Shown: one piece after another, positions 21,671 through 33,069 of the stretch
Position numbering within the stretch: position 1 is the stretch's first letter
Layout: every line of letters begins with the position of its first letter
DNA from: Cyclobacteriaceae bacterium
GTDB lineage: Bacteria; Bacteroidota; Bacteroidia; Cytophagales; Cyclobacteriaceae
Length of the DNA: 64,000 nucleotides
Assembly (NCBI GenBank): GCA_963664285.2
Contig: CAXXNX010000060.1
Coordinates: 14,829 to 78,828, forward strand
Direction: 5' to 3'
Notes under the pieces: model-generated
The model's input: only the letters and a program-made list of their open reading frames with translations
The model's database searches: none
Told to the model about the DNA's origin: nothing
Program-made: the position numbers and the translations under genes

Positions 21671-22124
21671 AATTAATCACTTCTCCCTGGTCCTTGTCTA
21701 GAGAGAACTGCCGGAATAATTGATTCTGATAGTAAAGTGATCGGCTATTATTGACCTTTGATTGCTTAGTGGTAAAATGAGTATGGAAAAACAATGTTAT
21801 TTTTTCTCTGGCCGCAAAAGGCAATCTCAGCTCCTGTGATACACCGGCGCTAAGCATTTGTCTAATAAACCAGCCCTTAAAATATTCCTGCAAAGTGTCG
21901 TCTTCTTCGGCACTTTCCCGGGTAACCCATTCTTCTCCGGTACCTGGGTCCAGTGGCATAACAGGGTTTAGTACCTCACCAGGAAACAAGCGGCTGATGG
22001 CCTCACTTACCGTCAAGGAAGCGAATTGATCTATTTCCTCTTTGGTTCCCCCAAAGGTGGCTCTACGTAATAAATGAGCCGCTCTCTTGGTTCCGAGGAT
22101 ACCAACAAAAGGTTGCAAAGGCAT
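21667..22124 (-). pseudogene. DUF1800-family protein, N-terminal ~150 aa only (IS-truncated)
   Basis: 'AAHLLRRATFGGTKEEI' is the DUF1800 signature. The ORF runs into the IS end (tail ...NPHYS*). Confidence 0.7.
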
Positions 22125-22365
22125 GGTTGGATAATGCTCGTTTAAATGTTAAAATTATAAGATCGAATATTAATATTGTAAGCTATCAATATTAAAAGTT
22201 ATTTATTTTTAAATCACGATTTTAAAACATACAGACTATCAGCAATATAGGCCTGTTAGCTTCAACTATCAGTAAAAGAGATGACTGTAATATTTCAGGG
22301 AACCGATCAGAATATATAAACCGAATTTCTTGATTACTGCCAAGCTCCCCATGAATTGAAGGCAG

Positions 22366-23959
22366 TTAATCCTCTTTGATGAATCTTTCGATAAAGATCT
22401 TATCCTTATAGGTTATTTTTAAGATCTAACGCCTGATTTTAAATGAGTTATATTAAAAACACTTATCTGATCTTTATCCAGAATCAATCCTGTTTCATAC
22501 CAATATGTAATGCCGGCAAGATTGTATATAGAAATATTCACCTCTGATTTATGACTGTATGAATTATGAACACTAATTGAACCTTTGTCACTGTTGGAAA
22601 TACCAATATTGATTCAATCATATTCTCTTCCACTCCAGTTATCAAAAATTGAAACTCAATCGATAAGTCCGATGTGCAACTATTGATTGTGGTTTGAACC
22701 TGATAAACGCTTCCTTCTACTGGTAGGATCGAATTGGGAGTTTGATTCTCAAGTGTTATACCATCCTGGATCCATGTATGAATTCCATCCAGCCCTGTAG
22801 TCAGTTCCCCACTGAGTATGGAAATTGTCGGACTTGCAGGAACCTGATCATTGTTATCATCACAATCTGTTCCATTCAATACGAAGCCCACGGGTTGAGT
22901 ACAGGAAGCAGTAGGATCATTGGGATCCCCAAATCCATCACCATCAACATCACGATGCCATGTTTGTTCGATTGTGACTTCTGCATTGTTGTCATCACAA
23001 TCATCGTCATTTGAAGCACTGCCAGCAATTTCGTCACAACTCATAACCGGTGTACTATTTGGGTCACCAAAACCATCTCCATCGGAATCAACATACCAAG
23101 CAACTAATTGATTGACCGTCACTGCTAAATTTACCGAACCGACACCGCCGTCGCCATTTGTTTCAGTCACGGAGACATTTCCGCTTTCTGCTCCTGACCA
23201 ATTGATTGTGATACTATTTCCATTATTGTTAGAAATCATTGCTCCAGTTGGAACAGACCAGTCATACGAAGTACTGAATAAATTATTTGTACCTAAGCTT
23301 GATGTTGCTAATTTCCAATCTGTTATATTTATTCCAGAATTATCATAATTAACTGTTTCTCCTTCAGTTAATGTACCTACATCAATAAAAGCATCGTTAA
23401 CCCAAATACCTTTAGCTACAGCCACTGATTCCCGGCCAATATTTGAACCTTCATATTGCATGAAATGTACCATTTTGGTTTGGTCGCCGAAATTGGAAGT
23501 GCCAGGAAGATACAGTCCCACATCAGCACTAACATCATTCAGATTCAACTCGCCGATAACCACAATCTCACCGGAAGAAAGCAACAAATCCCCTGAAACC
23601 GCATTACCTGAGCTAATTGTCGGATATATGAAACGGGTACATAGGCGATAACCAGTAAGATCCACCTCTCCTACTCCAACATTTTTTAACTCAATTTGAT
23701 CTTGTCCAGAGGTACCATCAAATTTAACTTCATTAATAATTATACTAGGATCCGTGTTAACTGAGTATATCGAGTTTTCATCCTCACACACTTCCCTGGA
23801 ACCAGATATTGGTGAAGTCGTGGGAACGGTTTGAGCCAACAAAGAAATTGGAACAACAACGGAGCATATAAATAAACATGATATGAAATGTCGATTACTT
23901 TTCACGTCTGTAAATACACTGGAGACAAATCCGAGGTTGCTTTCTAACCTATTAGACAT
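22366..23959 (-). pseudogene. secreted lamin-tail-domain / metal-binding-repeat protein with a broken T9SS C-terminal domain
   Basis: It has a signal peptide, an LTD-like segment 'IIINEVKFDG...IELKNVG..VDLTGYRLC' and two 'DGDGFGDP...DCDDNN' repeats. The C-terminal sorting domain ('VNISIYNLAGI...', '...ILKITYKDKIFIERFIKED*') lies in two further frames. Confidence 0.55.
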
Positions 23960-23963
23960 AAAA

Positions 23964-25088
23964 CTAATGAAGCTCTAAAAATTCCATTGGCTCCTGTTGG
24001 TAGATCTCAAACTTTATGTCCTCTAAGGCCAATTCGTAGTATTGCTTAGCCTTATCCTGGTCATTAAGCAATAGGGATAGTCTGGCTAATCCACAATAAG
24101 CTAAGTTTTTGAGGTTGTCAATCTCTTCATTTACTCCCAGCCTAGAGAGTTCAAGTGATTTATTGTACAATGTTTCAGCCAATTCATATTGGAATTCACT
24201 TTCGCTGATAATCGCCTTAAAGACAGTTTTCGCCATTCGATAGTAGGCATGACTACTGTACGGAAAATTATCCAGTGCCATCGCAGCTTCATCATATTGC
24301 CCAAGGAATAGCAGATTTTCAATGTAATTGGCCTTGAAAAAGAGGTTTTTAGGATATTCTTCAGCCAGTATTTTTGCGTATTTTAGCGCTTCTTCAGGCC
24401 TCATTTCATATCTCAGCAAAATGTGACCGCTATAATGAGCTGCTTCAGGTCTCGCAAAAAATGATTCCTCAACGGCTAATTTCAAAAGCCTAAGACCCTC
24501 CTCTTTATCCCCACTTTTGAAAAGCCAGATTATGGTCTTATATATGGGATAGACCTCCGGATATTTCTCCCTGTAGTAGCTATAAAGGCCGGATGAAAAG
24601 TAGAATTCCTTATAATCATCCATTAATTCAAACCCATCCCTGAAATAATTGTATGCTTTTTTTGCCGCAGCCGCAGCCCTAAAATATTGATGGTTACGTG
24701 AATAGTTCAAGGCCATCATTGCATGGGCAATCATGTCAAGATACTTTACTTCAAAATTATCTTCATTTTCATCCAACAAATCGTGGCACTTATCTATTGT
24801 TACGCTCAAAGAGGCCTTCATTCTTTCGAGATCACTCCCATTCAGATTCAAAGGATATTTAGCCCAATAAATACTTAAAGCAATTAACAGATCATTGGCC
24901 GGGTGATCAGGAATTGCTTCTTCCAATGCAGAAGCAGCCTCAGGAAAACTGATTGTATCTGAGTTATAAATATGAAAAAAGCATTCAAAAAGCTTAGACT
25001 TTACCGGCTCTTTCTGGAGAATCAATTGCTGACCAATTGCTCTTGAGAAAATGAAAATGCCAAAAACAATTAAAAGCCAACACTTCAT
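23964..25088 (-). CDS. TPR-repeat protein with signal peptide
   Basis: 374 aa, helical-repeat composition and an N-terminal hydrophobic leader. Confidence 0.6.
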   Translation of the reverse strand: MKCWLLIVFGIFIFSRAIGQQLILQKEPVKSKLFECFFHIYNSDTISFPEAASALEEAIPDHPANDLLIALSIYWAKYPLNLNGSDLERMKASLSVTIDKCHDLLDENEDNFEVKYLDMIAHAMMALNYSRNHQYFRAAAAAKKAYNYFRDGFELMDDYKEFYFSSGLYSYYREKYPEVYPIYKTIIWLFKSGDKEEGLRLLKLAVEESFFARPEAAHYSGHILLRYEMRPEEALKYAKILAEEYPKNLFFKANYIENLLFLGQYDEAAMALDNFPYSSHAYYRMAKTVFKAIISESEFQYELAETLYNKSLELSRLGVNEEIDNLKNLAYCGLARLSLLLNDQDKAKQYYELALEDIKFEIYQQEPMEFLELH

Positions 25089-25387
25089 ATAAAAAGTAAT
25101 GCAATAAGAGGTAAAATAGTTGAAAGGGAAAGATGAATTAAAAAAATGGGATTAACAAGAACGAGCTATAAGCAGTAGCACATAATGTCCGCAGGAGCGT
25201 CTCTGAATGGTGTAAGTTGGTAACTGTCGGGTAACAGAGATACCGGGGCGGGGAATATTATATATATCTAAAAAGATCAAACATGTGTTAATAATTTGAC
25301 CAAAGATCGTAGACAAGATTCCACATATTATGAGATATATCATGCTGTCAAAATACTATCGATCAGCTCGGTACAAATGATAATCTT

Positions 25388-25479
25388 GAAGTGGACTACT
25401 CCCTTTCTTATCATTTTCACATAAATCTCGTTAATTGGTACATGTAAAACGTTAATTTACCCTTAAACAGTAGTCCACT
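25388..25479. promoter_or_regulatory. candidate MocR/PdxR-type operator: 10-bp perfect inverted repeat
   Basis: GAAGTGGACTACT (25388-25400) and AGTAGTCCACT (25469-25479). The second abuts the ATG of the MocR gene. Confidence 0.4.
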
Positions 25480-26985
25480 ATGTTTCCCTGGCAAACTATA
25501 ATAGAAATTGACCGCAGTTGCAGTGTTCCTGTCTACATGCAGGTATCTAACACGATAGCTATTGAGATCCAATCAGGGCGTTTACCGGCCAAAACGAGGT
25601 TACCAAGCACCCGGGTAATGGCAGACATGCTTCGTCTTCACAGAAAAACTGTAACTGCCGCTTATGATGAGCTGTACAGCCAGGGTTGGGTTGATATCAA
25701 ACCCAATAGAGGAACTTATGTTACAGACCTGAACCGTATATTTGAGTCGCAACGTATCGACAGTTTACTAACTAAACCCCACGAAACAGCCAATTTCGAT
25801 TTCAATCATTTTGAGAAACTCGGCGATGCATTCTATCAAAAGCAAAAAATCCTTGAAATCAATGATGGGTTACCAGACGAACGACTTGCTCCCATAGATG
25901 AATTGGCAGCAACTTACCGAAGCATCATAAAAACCAGGGTTTATCGATCCCTATTAGGCATATCTGATGTGCAGGGTGACCTGAAATTAAGGGAAGTATT
26001 GGCCCGCTATCTTGGTGAGACCAGGGGATTGAATTGTGATCCCGACAATATACTCATCACCAGGGGCGGTCAGATGTCTATGTTTCTTATCGCCAATGTA
26101 CTGCTACAACAAGGGGATAACCTGGTGGTCAGCGAGCGCAATTTCTACCTTGCTAACCAGGCATTTAAATATAATGGCGCCAATCTAATTGAAGTGCCTA
26201 GTGATGACGAGGGCATTATGGTAAATGAGGTAGAAAAAATCTGTCAAAAAAGACCCATCAGAGGAATTTTTATCACACCACATCATCATCACCCAACCAC
26301 TGTTACATCTTCATTGGAAAGAAGGATGCACTTACTGGAACTGGCCAGAAAATATCATTTTTCCATTATTGAAGATGATTATGACTACGACTTTCATTAC
26401 GAGAGCGGGCCCATTTTACCTCTGGCCAGTTCTGACAACGCCGGTAACGTTCTCTATTTTGGTTCCTTTTCAAAGATTCTATCCTCATTAATCAGGATTG
26501 GATACCTCATAGCCCCTAAGGAAGTAATCATAGAGCTAAAGAAGGTGAAGCGGCTTTTCGATTACCCTGGAGACACGGTCATGGAGAGAACTTTAGCCGA
26601 GTTGATTCGTGATGGGGTAATCCAGCGTTATTTAAAAAAAGCCCTGAAGGCCTACAAACTGAGGCGGGATCTCTTCTGTGAAATCCTTGACAGGGATTTT
26701 AAAGATGTTTTGAAATATCACAAACCCTCGGGTGGGATGGCAATTTGGGCAGAAATATTACCGCCACATAAGCTCAGTGAACTTTCAGATGCGGCGTTAA
26801 AAAAGCGATTGTATATAGCTAAAGGTGATAATTATTGCTTGCCCGGGCAGGAACCGAACCATCTGAGACTAGGTTTTGCAGGTTTGAACGAAAATGAGAT
26901 AATAACGGCCCTGAAATTGCTAAAGGAGGCTTCCGGTACATTATCATCTAAAAAACATGCAATATTGTCCGAGTTTTCCGTTTGA
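25480..26985 (+). CDS. MocR-family regulator (GntR HTH fused to an aminotransferase-like domain)
   Basis: 501 aa. The N-terminal winged HTH is 'LPSTRVMADMLRLHRKTVTAAYDELYSQGWV'. The C-terminal fold-type I PLP domain has 'GSFSK'. Confidence 0.85.
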   Translation: MFPWQTIIEIDRSCSVPVYMQVSNTIAIEIQSGRLPAKTRLPSTRVMADMLRLHRKTVTAAYDELYSQGWVDIKPNRGTYVTDLNRIFESQRIDSLLTKPHETANFDFNHFEKLGDAFYQKQKILEINDGLPDERLAPIDELAATYRSIIKTRVYRSLLGISDVQGDLKLREVLARYLGETRGLNCDPDNILITRGGQMSMFLIANVLLQQGDNLVVSERNFYLANQAFKYNGANLIEVPSDDEGIMVNEVEKICQKRPIRGIFITPHHHHPTTVTSSLERRMHLLELARKYHFSIIEDDYDYDFHYESGPILPLASSDNAGNVLYFGSFSKILSSLIRIGYLIAPKEVIIELKKVKRLFDYPGDTVMERTLAELIRDGVIQRYLKKALKAYKLRRDLFCEILDRDFKDVLKYHKPSGGMAIWAEILPPHKLSELSDAALKKRLYIAKGDNYCLPGQEPNHLRLGFAGLNENEIITALKLLKEASGTLSSKKHAILSEFSV

Positions 26986-27063
26986 GTGATAAAATTCAGG
27001 TAGGGTATCTATACCGATATCAGTTGTATAGGCAATTACATTAAACACTCAAATAAATTGAAA

Positions 27064-27957
27064 ATGGAAGGAAGATCTATGACAGCAATGATCATAGAAG
27101 GATTAGAGAAAGAGGGATTTCAATGCACTGCAAGGGATAAACAGGTTTACCAACAAATTTTAGATAGTTCTGAAAATTGGCTGGTACCTACAAATAGATC
27201 TGAGTCTGAAATTTGGACTTCCCTTGAAGAGACGCTAGCAAAACCCAAGGCCAGAACAATAATTTTAAAACCTTGGCTAAAATGGGCCGCATCTGTAGCA
27301 ATTATTGCCGCCATTGCAGCGTCATTAATACTTATTATGCCAGATACGCAATCGTTTAAGGCATATGAAATTCAGGAGATTAGCTTACCCGATGGCAGTA
27401 TTGTATCTCTTAATGCCGGTAGTAGCCTGGCTTACAGTGAGAACTTTTTTGGAGCGAGAATACTCACACTTGATGGCAAAGCATTTTTTGACGTTGTAAA
27501 AGGAGATGAATTTCTGATAAATACTGCTAATGGAACGATTGCAGTTCTTGGCACCAGCTTTAATGTCAATACATTTAATAATGAACTGATCGTTGAATGT
27601 TTTACCGGTAAAGTTAAAGTTGATGTGCCCGACAAAAGTTTGTTCTTGACGCCCGGTTTGTCTGTAAAAGCTTCTAATGGTCATCTGGGAGAGGTCTCGG
27701 AATTTGATGTTACAAAATCAAAAAGTTGGATCGACGGAGAGTTTTACTTTCAAAACACTTCTCTCGCCGAGGTTTTTGTAGAAGTAGAAAGGCAATTTGG
27801 GGTTGAAATAAAACTTGAGATTGACATTAAAAATCGAACCTACACCGGTTTATTTAATAATACTGACAATGTTGTAGAGGTGTTAAAAACAATCTGTCTG
27901 CCCATGAGCCTTGTCTTCGACAAAGCCCAAAACAACACTTACGTTGTAACAGATTAG
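27064..27957 (+). CDS. FecR-family anti-sigma/sensor protein
   Basis: One TM segment, then a FecR domain 'DGSIVSLNAGSSLAY...GKAFFDVVKG...VLGTSFNV'. There is no ECF sigma gene upstream. Confidence 0.8.
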   Translation: MEGRSMTAMIIEGLEKEGFQCTARDKQVYQQILDSSENWLVPTNRSESEIWTSLEETLAKPKARTIILKPWLKWAASVAIIAAIAASLILIMPDTQSFKAYEIQEISLPDGSIVSLNAGSSLAYSENFFGARILTLDGKAFFDVVKGDEFLINTANGTIAVLGTSFNVNTFNNELIVECFTGKVKVDVPDKSLFLTPGLSVKASNGHLGEVSEFDVTKSKSWIDGEFYFQNTSLAEVFVEVERQFGVEIKLEIDIKNRTYTGLFNNTDNVVEVLKTICLPMSLVFDKAQNNTYVVTD

Positions 27958-27980
27958 TTGAATAAAGTTTAAAGTTCCTT

Positions 27981-28008
27981 AAAAGGCGGCTTTTGGCCGC
28001 CTTTTTTG
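27981..28008 (+). terminator. rho-independent terminator after fecR-like gene
   Basis: The AAAAGGCGGC-TTTTG-GCCGCCTTTTTT hairpin is followed by a T-run. Confidence 0.7.
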
Positions 28009-28065
28009 TGTTAGATAGGCATCAAATACCTGATTGGCATATTCTCTTTTTGTATATTGTAGCTC

Positions 28066-29067
28066 ATGCAGGATATCATTCATGGCATTAAGCAGCTAAC
28101 TGATAAGGGATCTCATTTTGTAACCGCAACTGTAATAAAAACATGGGGTTCAGGTCCAAGAAAAGTTGGTGCAGGAATGATCATTGGTCCTGAAGGTAGT
28201 ATCCTGGGCTCCGTCAGTGGTGGCTGTGTGGAAGGAGACGTAATAAAAGAAGCCAATCAGGTATGGCTCAATGAAGGAAGTCAATTGCTTCACTACGGCA
28301 TAACTGATGATGAGGCCTGGGAAGTTGGTCTCAGTTGTGGTGGAAAGATAGATATTCTTATAGAGAAAGTTGATCCGTCAAAATCAACGGCCTGGAAGCA
28401 ATTGACTGAACTGGTTACTACCAACTCCGGCTGCGTCTTAACCTCTCCCCTGTCCGGAAGCCATAAGCAGTTGATAATTCAGTTAACCGATGATAATAAT
28501 GACGCGGTAGTCAATTCCGCTTTGGAGGCTTACCGTAAACGAAAAAGTGGGATTTACGACATAGAAGGCGAGGAATACCTTCACAATGTATTTCCAATAA
28601 AATCCCAACTGATAATTGTGGGCGCTGCACACATTTCTTCACAGCTTGTAGAATTGGCCTCAATGCATGACTTTGAGACCATCGTAGTAGATCCCAGAGG
28701 TTTGTTCACTGACAAAACCAGTTTCAATGTAAAACCGGATCAGAGTCATAAGATGTGGCCGGCAGAAATACTAGAAACCATGAAGTTGAATTCCGATGTT
28801 TTTGCCGTACTGCTTACCCATGATCCCAAAATAGATGATCAGGCGCTGCATATCTTTCTACGATCGGGCGTATCATATATAGGAGCCCTAGGAAGCAGCC
28901 GTACGCATGAGAAGCGTAAAACCCGATTAGTGGATGCTGGATTCTCCGAAGATGAAATCTCCAGAATCGATGCACCTATTGGAGTGGATATTAGGGCTAA
29001 GGATCCAAAGGAAATTGCTCTAAGCATTGTTGCGGAACTGATAAAAACAAGAAACAAATTTTTATAG
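28066..29067 (+). CDS. XdhC/CoxI-family accessory protein
   Basis: 333 aa with 'GSGPRKVGAGMII...GSVSGGCVEGDV' and a Rossmann-like C-terminal half. Confidence 0.8.
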   Translation: MQDIIHGIKQLTDKGSHFVTATVIKTWGSGPRKVGAGMIIGPEGSILGSVSGGCVEGDVIKEANQVWLNEGSQLLHYGITDDEAWEVGLSCGGKIDILIEKVDPSKSTAWKQLTELVTTNSGCVLTSPLSGSHKQLIIQLTDDNNDAVVNSALEAYRKRKSGIYDIEGEEYLHNVFPIKSQLIIVGAAHISSQLVELASMHDFETIVVDPRGLFTDKTSFNVKPDQSHKMWPAEILETMKLNSDVFAVLLTHDPKIDDQALHIFLRSGVSYIGALGSSRTHEKRKTRLVDAGFSEDEISRIDAPIGVDIRAKDPKEIALSIVAELIKTRNKFL

Positions 29068-30069
29068 ATGAAAAATCCATTTAAGAATATCCTTCTACTC
29101 ATTGCTATAACTGTCAGTATCGAGAATAGCAATGCTCAAAACTATGCCCTTACTAATGCGAACGTCCTGGATATCGAGTCTGGTAAGATTAATGCGAACC
29201 AAACTGTACTTACCTCCGGGGGGAAAATCGAAAAGATTGATTCTGGTGTTAAAATTCCATCGGATTATGAACGGATTGATATTGGTGGAAGATACGTACT
29301 GCCTGGTCTTATTGACGCTCACACCCATATAAGTTCTATTGATGCAGCATTAAGGGCCTTAAACTCTGGTGTGACTACTGCCAGGAGTGCTAGCACACCG
29401 GCGTATCAGGATGTGGTACTTTCGAGAGATGGTAAGAAAAGGTCAATTAGCTGGTCCTGAAATATTGGCCGCCGGAGTCTTTGTTACACCAGATCTTGGT
29501 GAGTCTATTCTTGCTGATAGTCGTTTGGGAGAATTAATTGAAGGCGTTGAGTCTGAAGAAGTGCTGAGAAAAATAGTAAATATTAATGCTGATCGCGGGG
29601 CAAATGTGATAAAAACCAGGGGTACGGAAAGGGCCGGTCTACCCGACACTGATCCCAGGAAACAGACCTACACGGAGAAGCAGCTTTCAATAATCGTAGA
29701 TGAAGCCACTAAACGAGGTATTCCTGTGATGGCTCATGCTCATGGTGACGAAGGAGCCTATGCTGCGGTTAAAGCTGGAGTTGTTAGCATTGAACATGGT
29801 ACTTACCTCTCCATGAGAACACTGCAATTGATGAAAGAGAAAGGCACTTATTTGGTACCGACCTATACGACGGTAGTAGATCTAGCCGAGCCCGGCGGAG
29901 ATTATGACAATCCCATATTGACATTCCGCGGAAAGCACATGCTACCAGCCCTTGAACAGGCTGTCCAAAACGCTAGGAAGATCGGTGTCAAAATCGTAAC
30001 CGGTGCTGATACCCGTTATGGCCCGGAAAGTATTACCAGGATATCAACCGAAATCGAGAACTTAGTTAA
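29068..30069 (+). pseudogene. secreted amidohydrolase, frameshifted and C-terminally truncated by IS copy E
   Basis: It has a signal peptide and the 'LPGLIDAHTHI' metal motif. The frameshift is at 'gtacTTTcgagag' (~29424). The ORF runs into the IS end (tail ...NPKNS*). Confidence 0.75.
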
Positions 30070-33069
30070 CCCGAAAAATTCATAGTAGACAATAAAAAAC
30101 AGGCATAAATTGCTTATATTGAGATAGTTAGACAACAAAATAAGCAATTAATTTATGCCTGAATATAAGGAAAAAGATACCGTATTTTATCGAGGAAAAC
30201 AAGCTTTTAAATTTGATTTTTCAGCATCAGCGATTAGCTCAGACGGAGCGATATTGTTAAGTGAAAAAGTAGAGAGAAAGACTGGTCTATTAAAAAGCTT
30301 CGCCGCACTGATTCCTGACTATCGAAACCCCTTTTTTATCGAATACACTTATGAAGAAATGCTTCACCAACGGGTGTTTTTAATGATGCAGGGCTATCAG
30401 GATTGCAATGACGAACAAAAACTCCGAGAGGATCCGGTGATCCGTAAAGTACTAGATAGCGGATTATGTTCCCAGCCTACTTTAAGCATTATTCATAGGC
30501 CACAATTTTGGGATTAATAATGGGTTGCTAACTATTTTTGATTGGAGTGTATGTATTAAAAATCAAAGACATTAGAGCAGAATTTTTCAATTTTCAGTCA
30601 AATCTATTGTGTTCTTATGGAAGAACATTTTTTTGATTAATGTTTAACTGATCGGTCAGTTCACCGTAAGCAAATCGCCCAGCAGGTATTGATATCTAAA
30701 GGCTCTTGAGAATTGTATTGTCAATGATCTTTTCCTTTCTTTCAGGCACGCCCCAACCTTCATCAGGTAAAAATTGTCCACTTGCCATCGTTTAGCAAAG
30801 TGGTGTTTTGTTTTGGCAATTAATAATTTAATCTGCCGGAACATTTATAACAGAGGGTAGATGAAAACGCATGAAATTGGCCCAGTAGCGATGACAGGAA
30901 AGCCGGTCGGAATAAGTCATGTTTTTGAGTTCCTTTATTGATTTTCACTGGCATCACCTCGCTTGACATAAAAATCAAAGTAAATCAGCGGTCATCGCTT
31001 CAAAGTTGCTCACAAAGTAACGGACATTCATTCCTCGGTAGACTCCACTTTGGCGTACAGCTTTTCAGAACGATCCCAGCTTTTGCCTTAAGTGAAAACG
31101 GGCCAACAAACTCTTGATGTTTGATGATTTTTGAAGCATATTCCTTTTTTACTTCAATGATAGTCTGTTTGGTAAAAGCTAATACCTAAACAAAATTGAA
31201 GGTCAAACTGCTTAGCTATCCGATAAAAAGACTGAAAAGACTATCCGCTCGAATAAGAATCTTTACTGAGGGCAGTTTTTTTCGATAAGGCCACAAACCA
31301 TTTGTTGGAGTGACAATTGCCCGGACGTATACGTAAAATGACCTGACTTAAAGAACAACTATGGATAGTCTGATAATGCCATTTCTGAGTTGTTGGGATC
31401 CATGAGTAGGGTCATCGGTACCATCTACATCAATGATGATTTGACCAGTCTTCTCTTTCAACTCCTCTACATAACGGTCTTTGACTCATCTGGTAGATCA
31501 GACTCCGATAGGCCTTGTTTTCAAATCGACTTAAAGTAGGCTGGGAACATAATCCGCTATCTAGTACTTTACGGATCACCGGATCCTCTCGGAGTTTTTG
31601 TTCGTCATTGCAATCCTGAATCATTAAAAAACCCGTTGGCGAAATTTCTTCATAAGTGTATTCCGAGTCAGGAGTGCGGCGAAGCTTTTTAATGATCGTA
31701 CTGAGCTAATCGCTGATGTGAAAAATCTAAAAGCTTGTTTTCCTCGATAAAATACGGTATCTTTTTCCGGCATAAATTAATTGCTTATTTTGTTGTCTAA
31801 CTATCTCAATATAAGCAATTTAGCCTGTTTTTTATTGTCTACTATGAATTTTCGGGTTAAGTCGATTTGAAAACAAGGCCGATCGGAGTCTGATCTACCA
31901 GATGAGTCAATGGTTTGTAGACCGTTATGTAGAGGAGTTGAAAGAGAAGACTGGTCAAATCATCATTGATGTAGATGGTACCGATGACCCTACTCATGGA
32001 TCCCAACAACTCAGTTTGTATAATGGCTATTATGGACAGACTATGTACCATGAGTTGTTCTTTAAGGACGGGAACACCGGTCAGGTCATTTTACCAGTAC
32101 TACGTCCGGGCAATTGTCACTCCAACAAATGGTTTGTGGCCTTATTGAAAAGGATTGTCATTAAAATCAGAAAAAAACTGCCCTCAGTAAAGATCCTTAT
32201 TCGAGCGGATAGTGGCTTTTCAGGAGCATCTTTTTATCGGATAGCTAAGCAGTTTGACCTTCAATTTTGTTTAGGTATTAGTAGTAATGAAGTTTTAAAG
32301 ACTTTTACCAAACAGACTATCATTGAAGTAAAAAAGGAATATGCTTCAAAAATCATCAAACATCAAGAGTTTGTTGGCCCGTTTACTTACCAGGCCAAAA
32401 GCTGGGATCGTTCTGAAAAGCTGTACGCCAAAGTGGAGTCTACCGGAAAAGGAATGAATGTCCGTTACTTTGTGAGCAACTTTGAAGCGATGACCGCTCA
32501 ACAGATTTACTTTGATTTTTATGTCAAGCGAGGTGATGCCAGTGAAAATCGAATAAAGGAACTCAAAAACATGACTTATTCCGACCGGCTTTCCTGTCAT
32601 CGCTACTGGGCCAATTTCATGCGTTTAATCATCGCTACCCTCTGTTATGAAATGTTCCGGCAGATTAAATTATTAATTGCCAAAACAAAACACCACTTTG
32701 CTAAACGATGGCAAGTGGACAATATCCGGCTTTACCTGATGAAGGTTGGGGCGTGCCTGAAAGAAAGGAAAAGATCATTGACAATACAATTCTCAAGAGC
32801 CTTTAGATATCAATACCTGCTGGGCGATTTGCTTACGGTGAACTGACCGATCAGTTAAACAGTTTGGTTTAATCAAAAAAATGTTCTTCCATAAGAACAC
32901 AATAGAGCTTTGACTGAAAATTGAAAAATTCTAACAAAAAAACGCTCTAATGTCCTTTGAAATCCAGAAACCTGGTTGATCTTCAAATTAATACATACAC
33001 TCCAATCAAAAATAGTTAGCAACCCATTATTAATCCCAAAATTGGTGGCCTATGAATAATGCGGGATAA
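30066..33069 (+). mobile_element. IS1380-family-like IS, copy E, split by nested copy F
   Basis: E-left is 30070-30485 (416 bp) and E-right is 31861-33065 (1,205 bp), which sum to 1,621 bp. The TTAA at 30482 is duplicated at 31857. The outer flanks are TTAA and ATAA. Confidence 0.9.
30486..31856 (-). mobile_element. degenerate nested IS copy F (1,371 bp, riddled with small deletions)
   Basis: It is collinear with the consensus in reverse orientation but lacks ~250 bp, spread over roughly 30 deletions of 1 to a few tens of nt. The IRR tip CCC is missing. The IRL is the 4-T variant. Confidence 0.85.
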
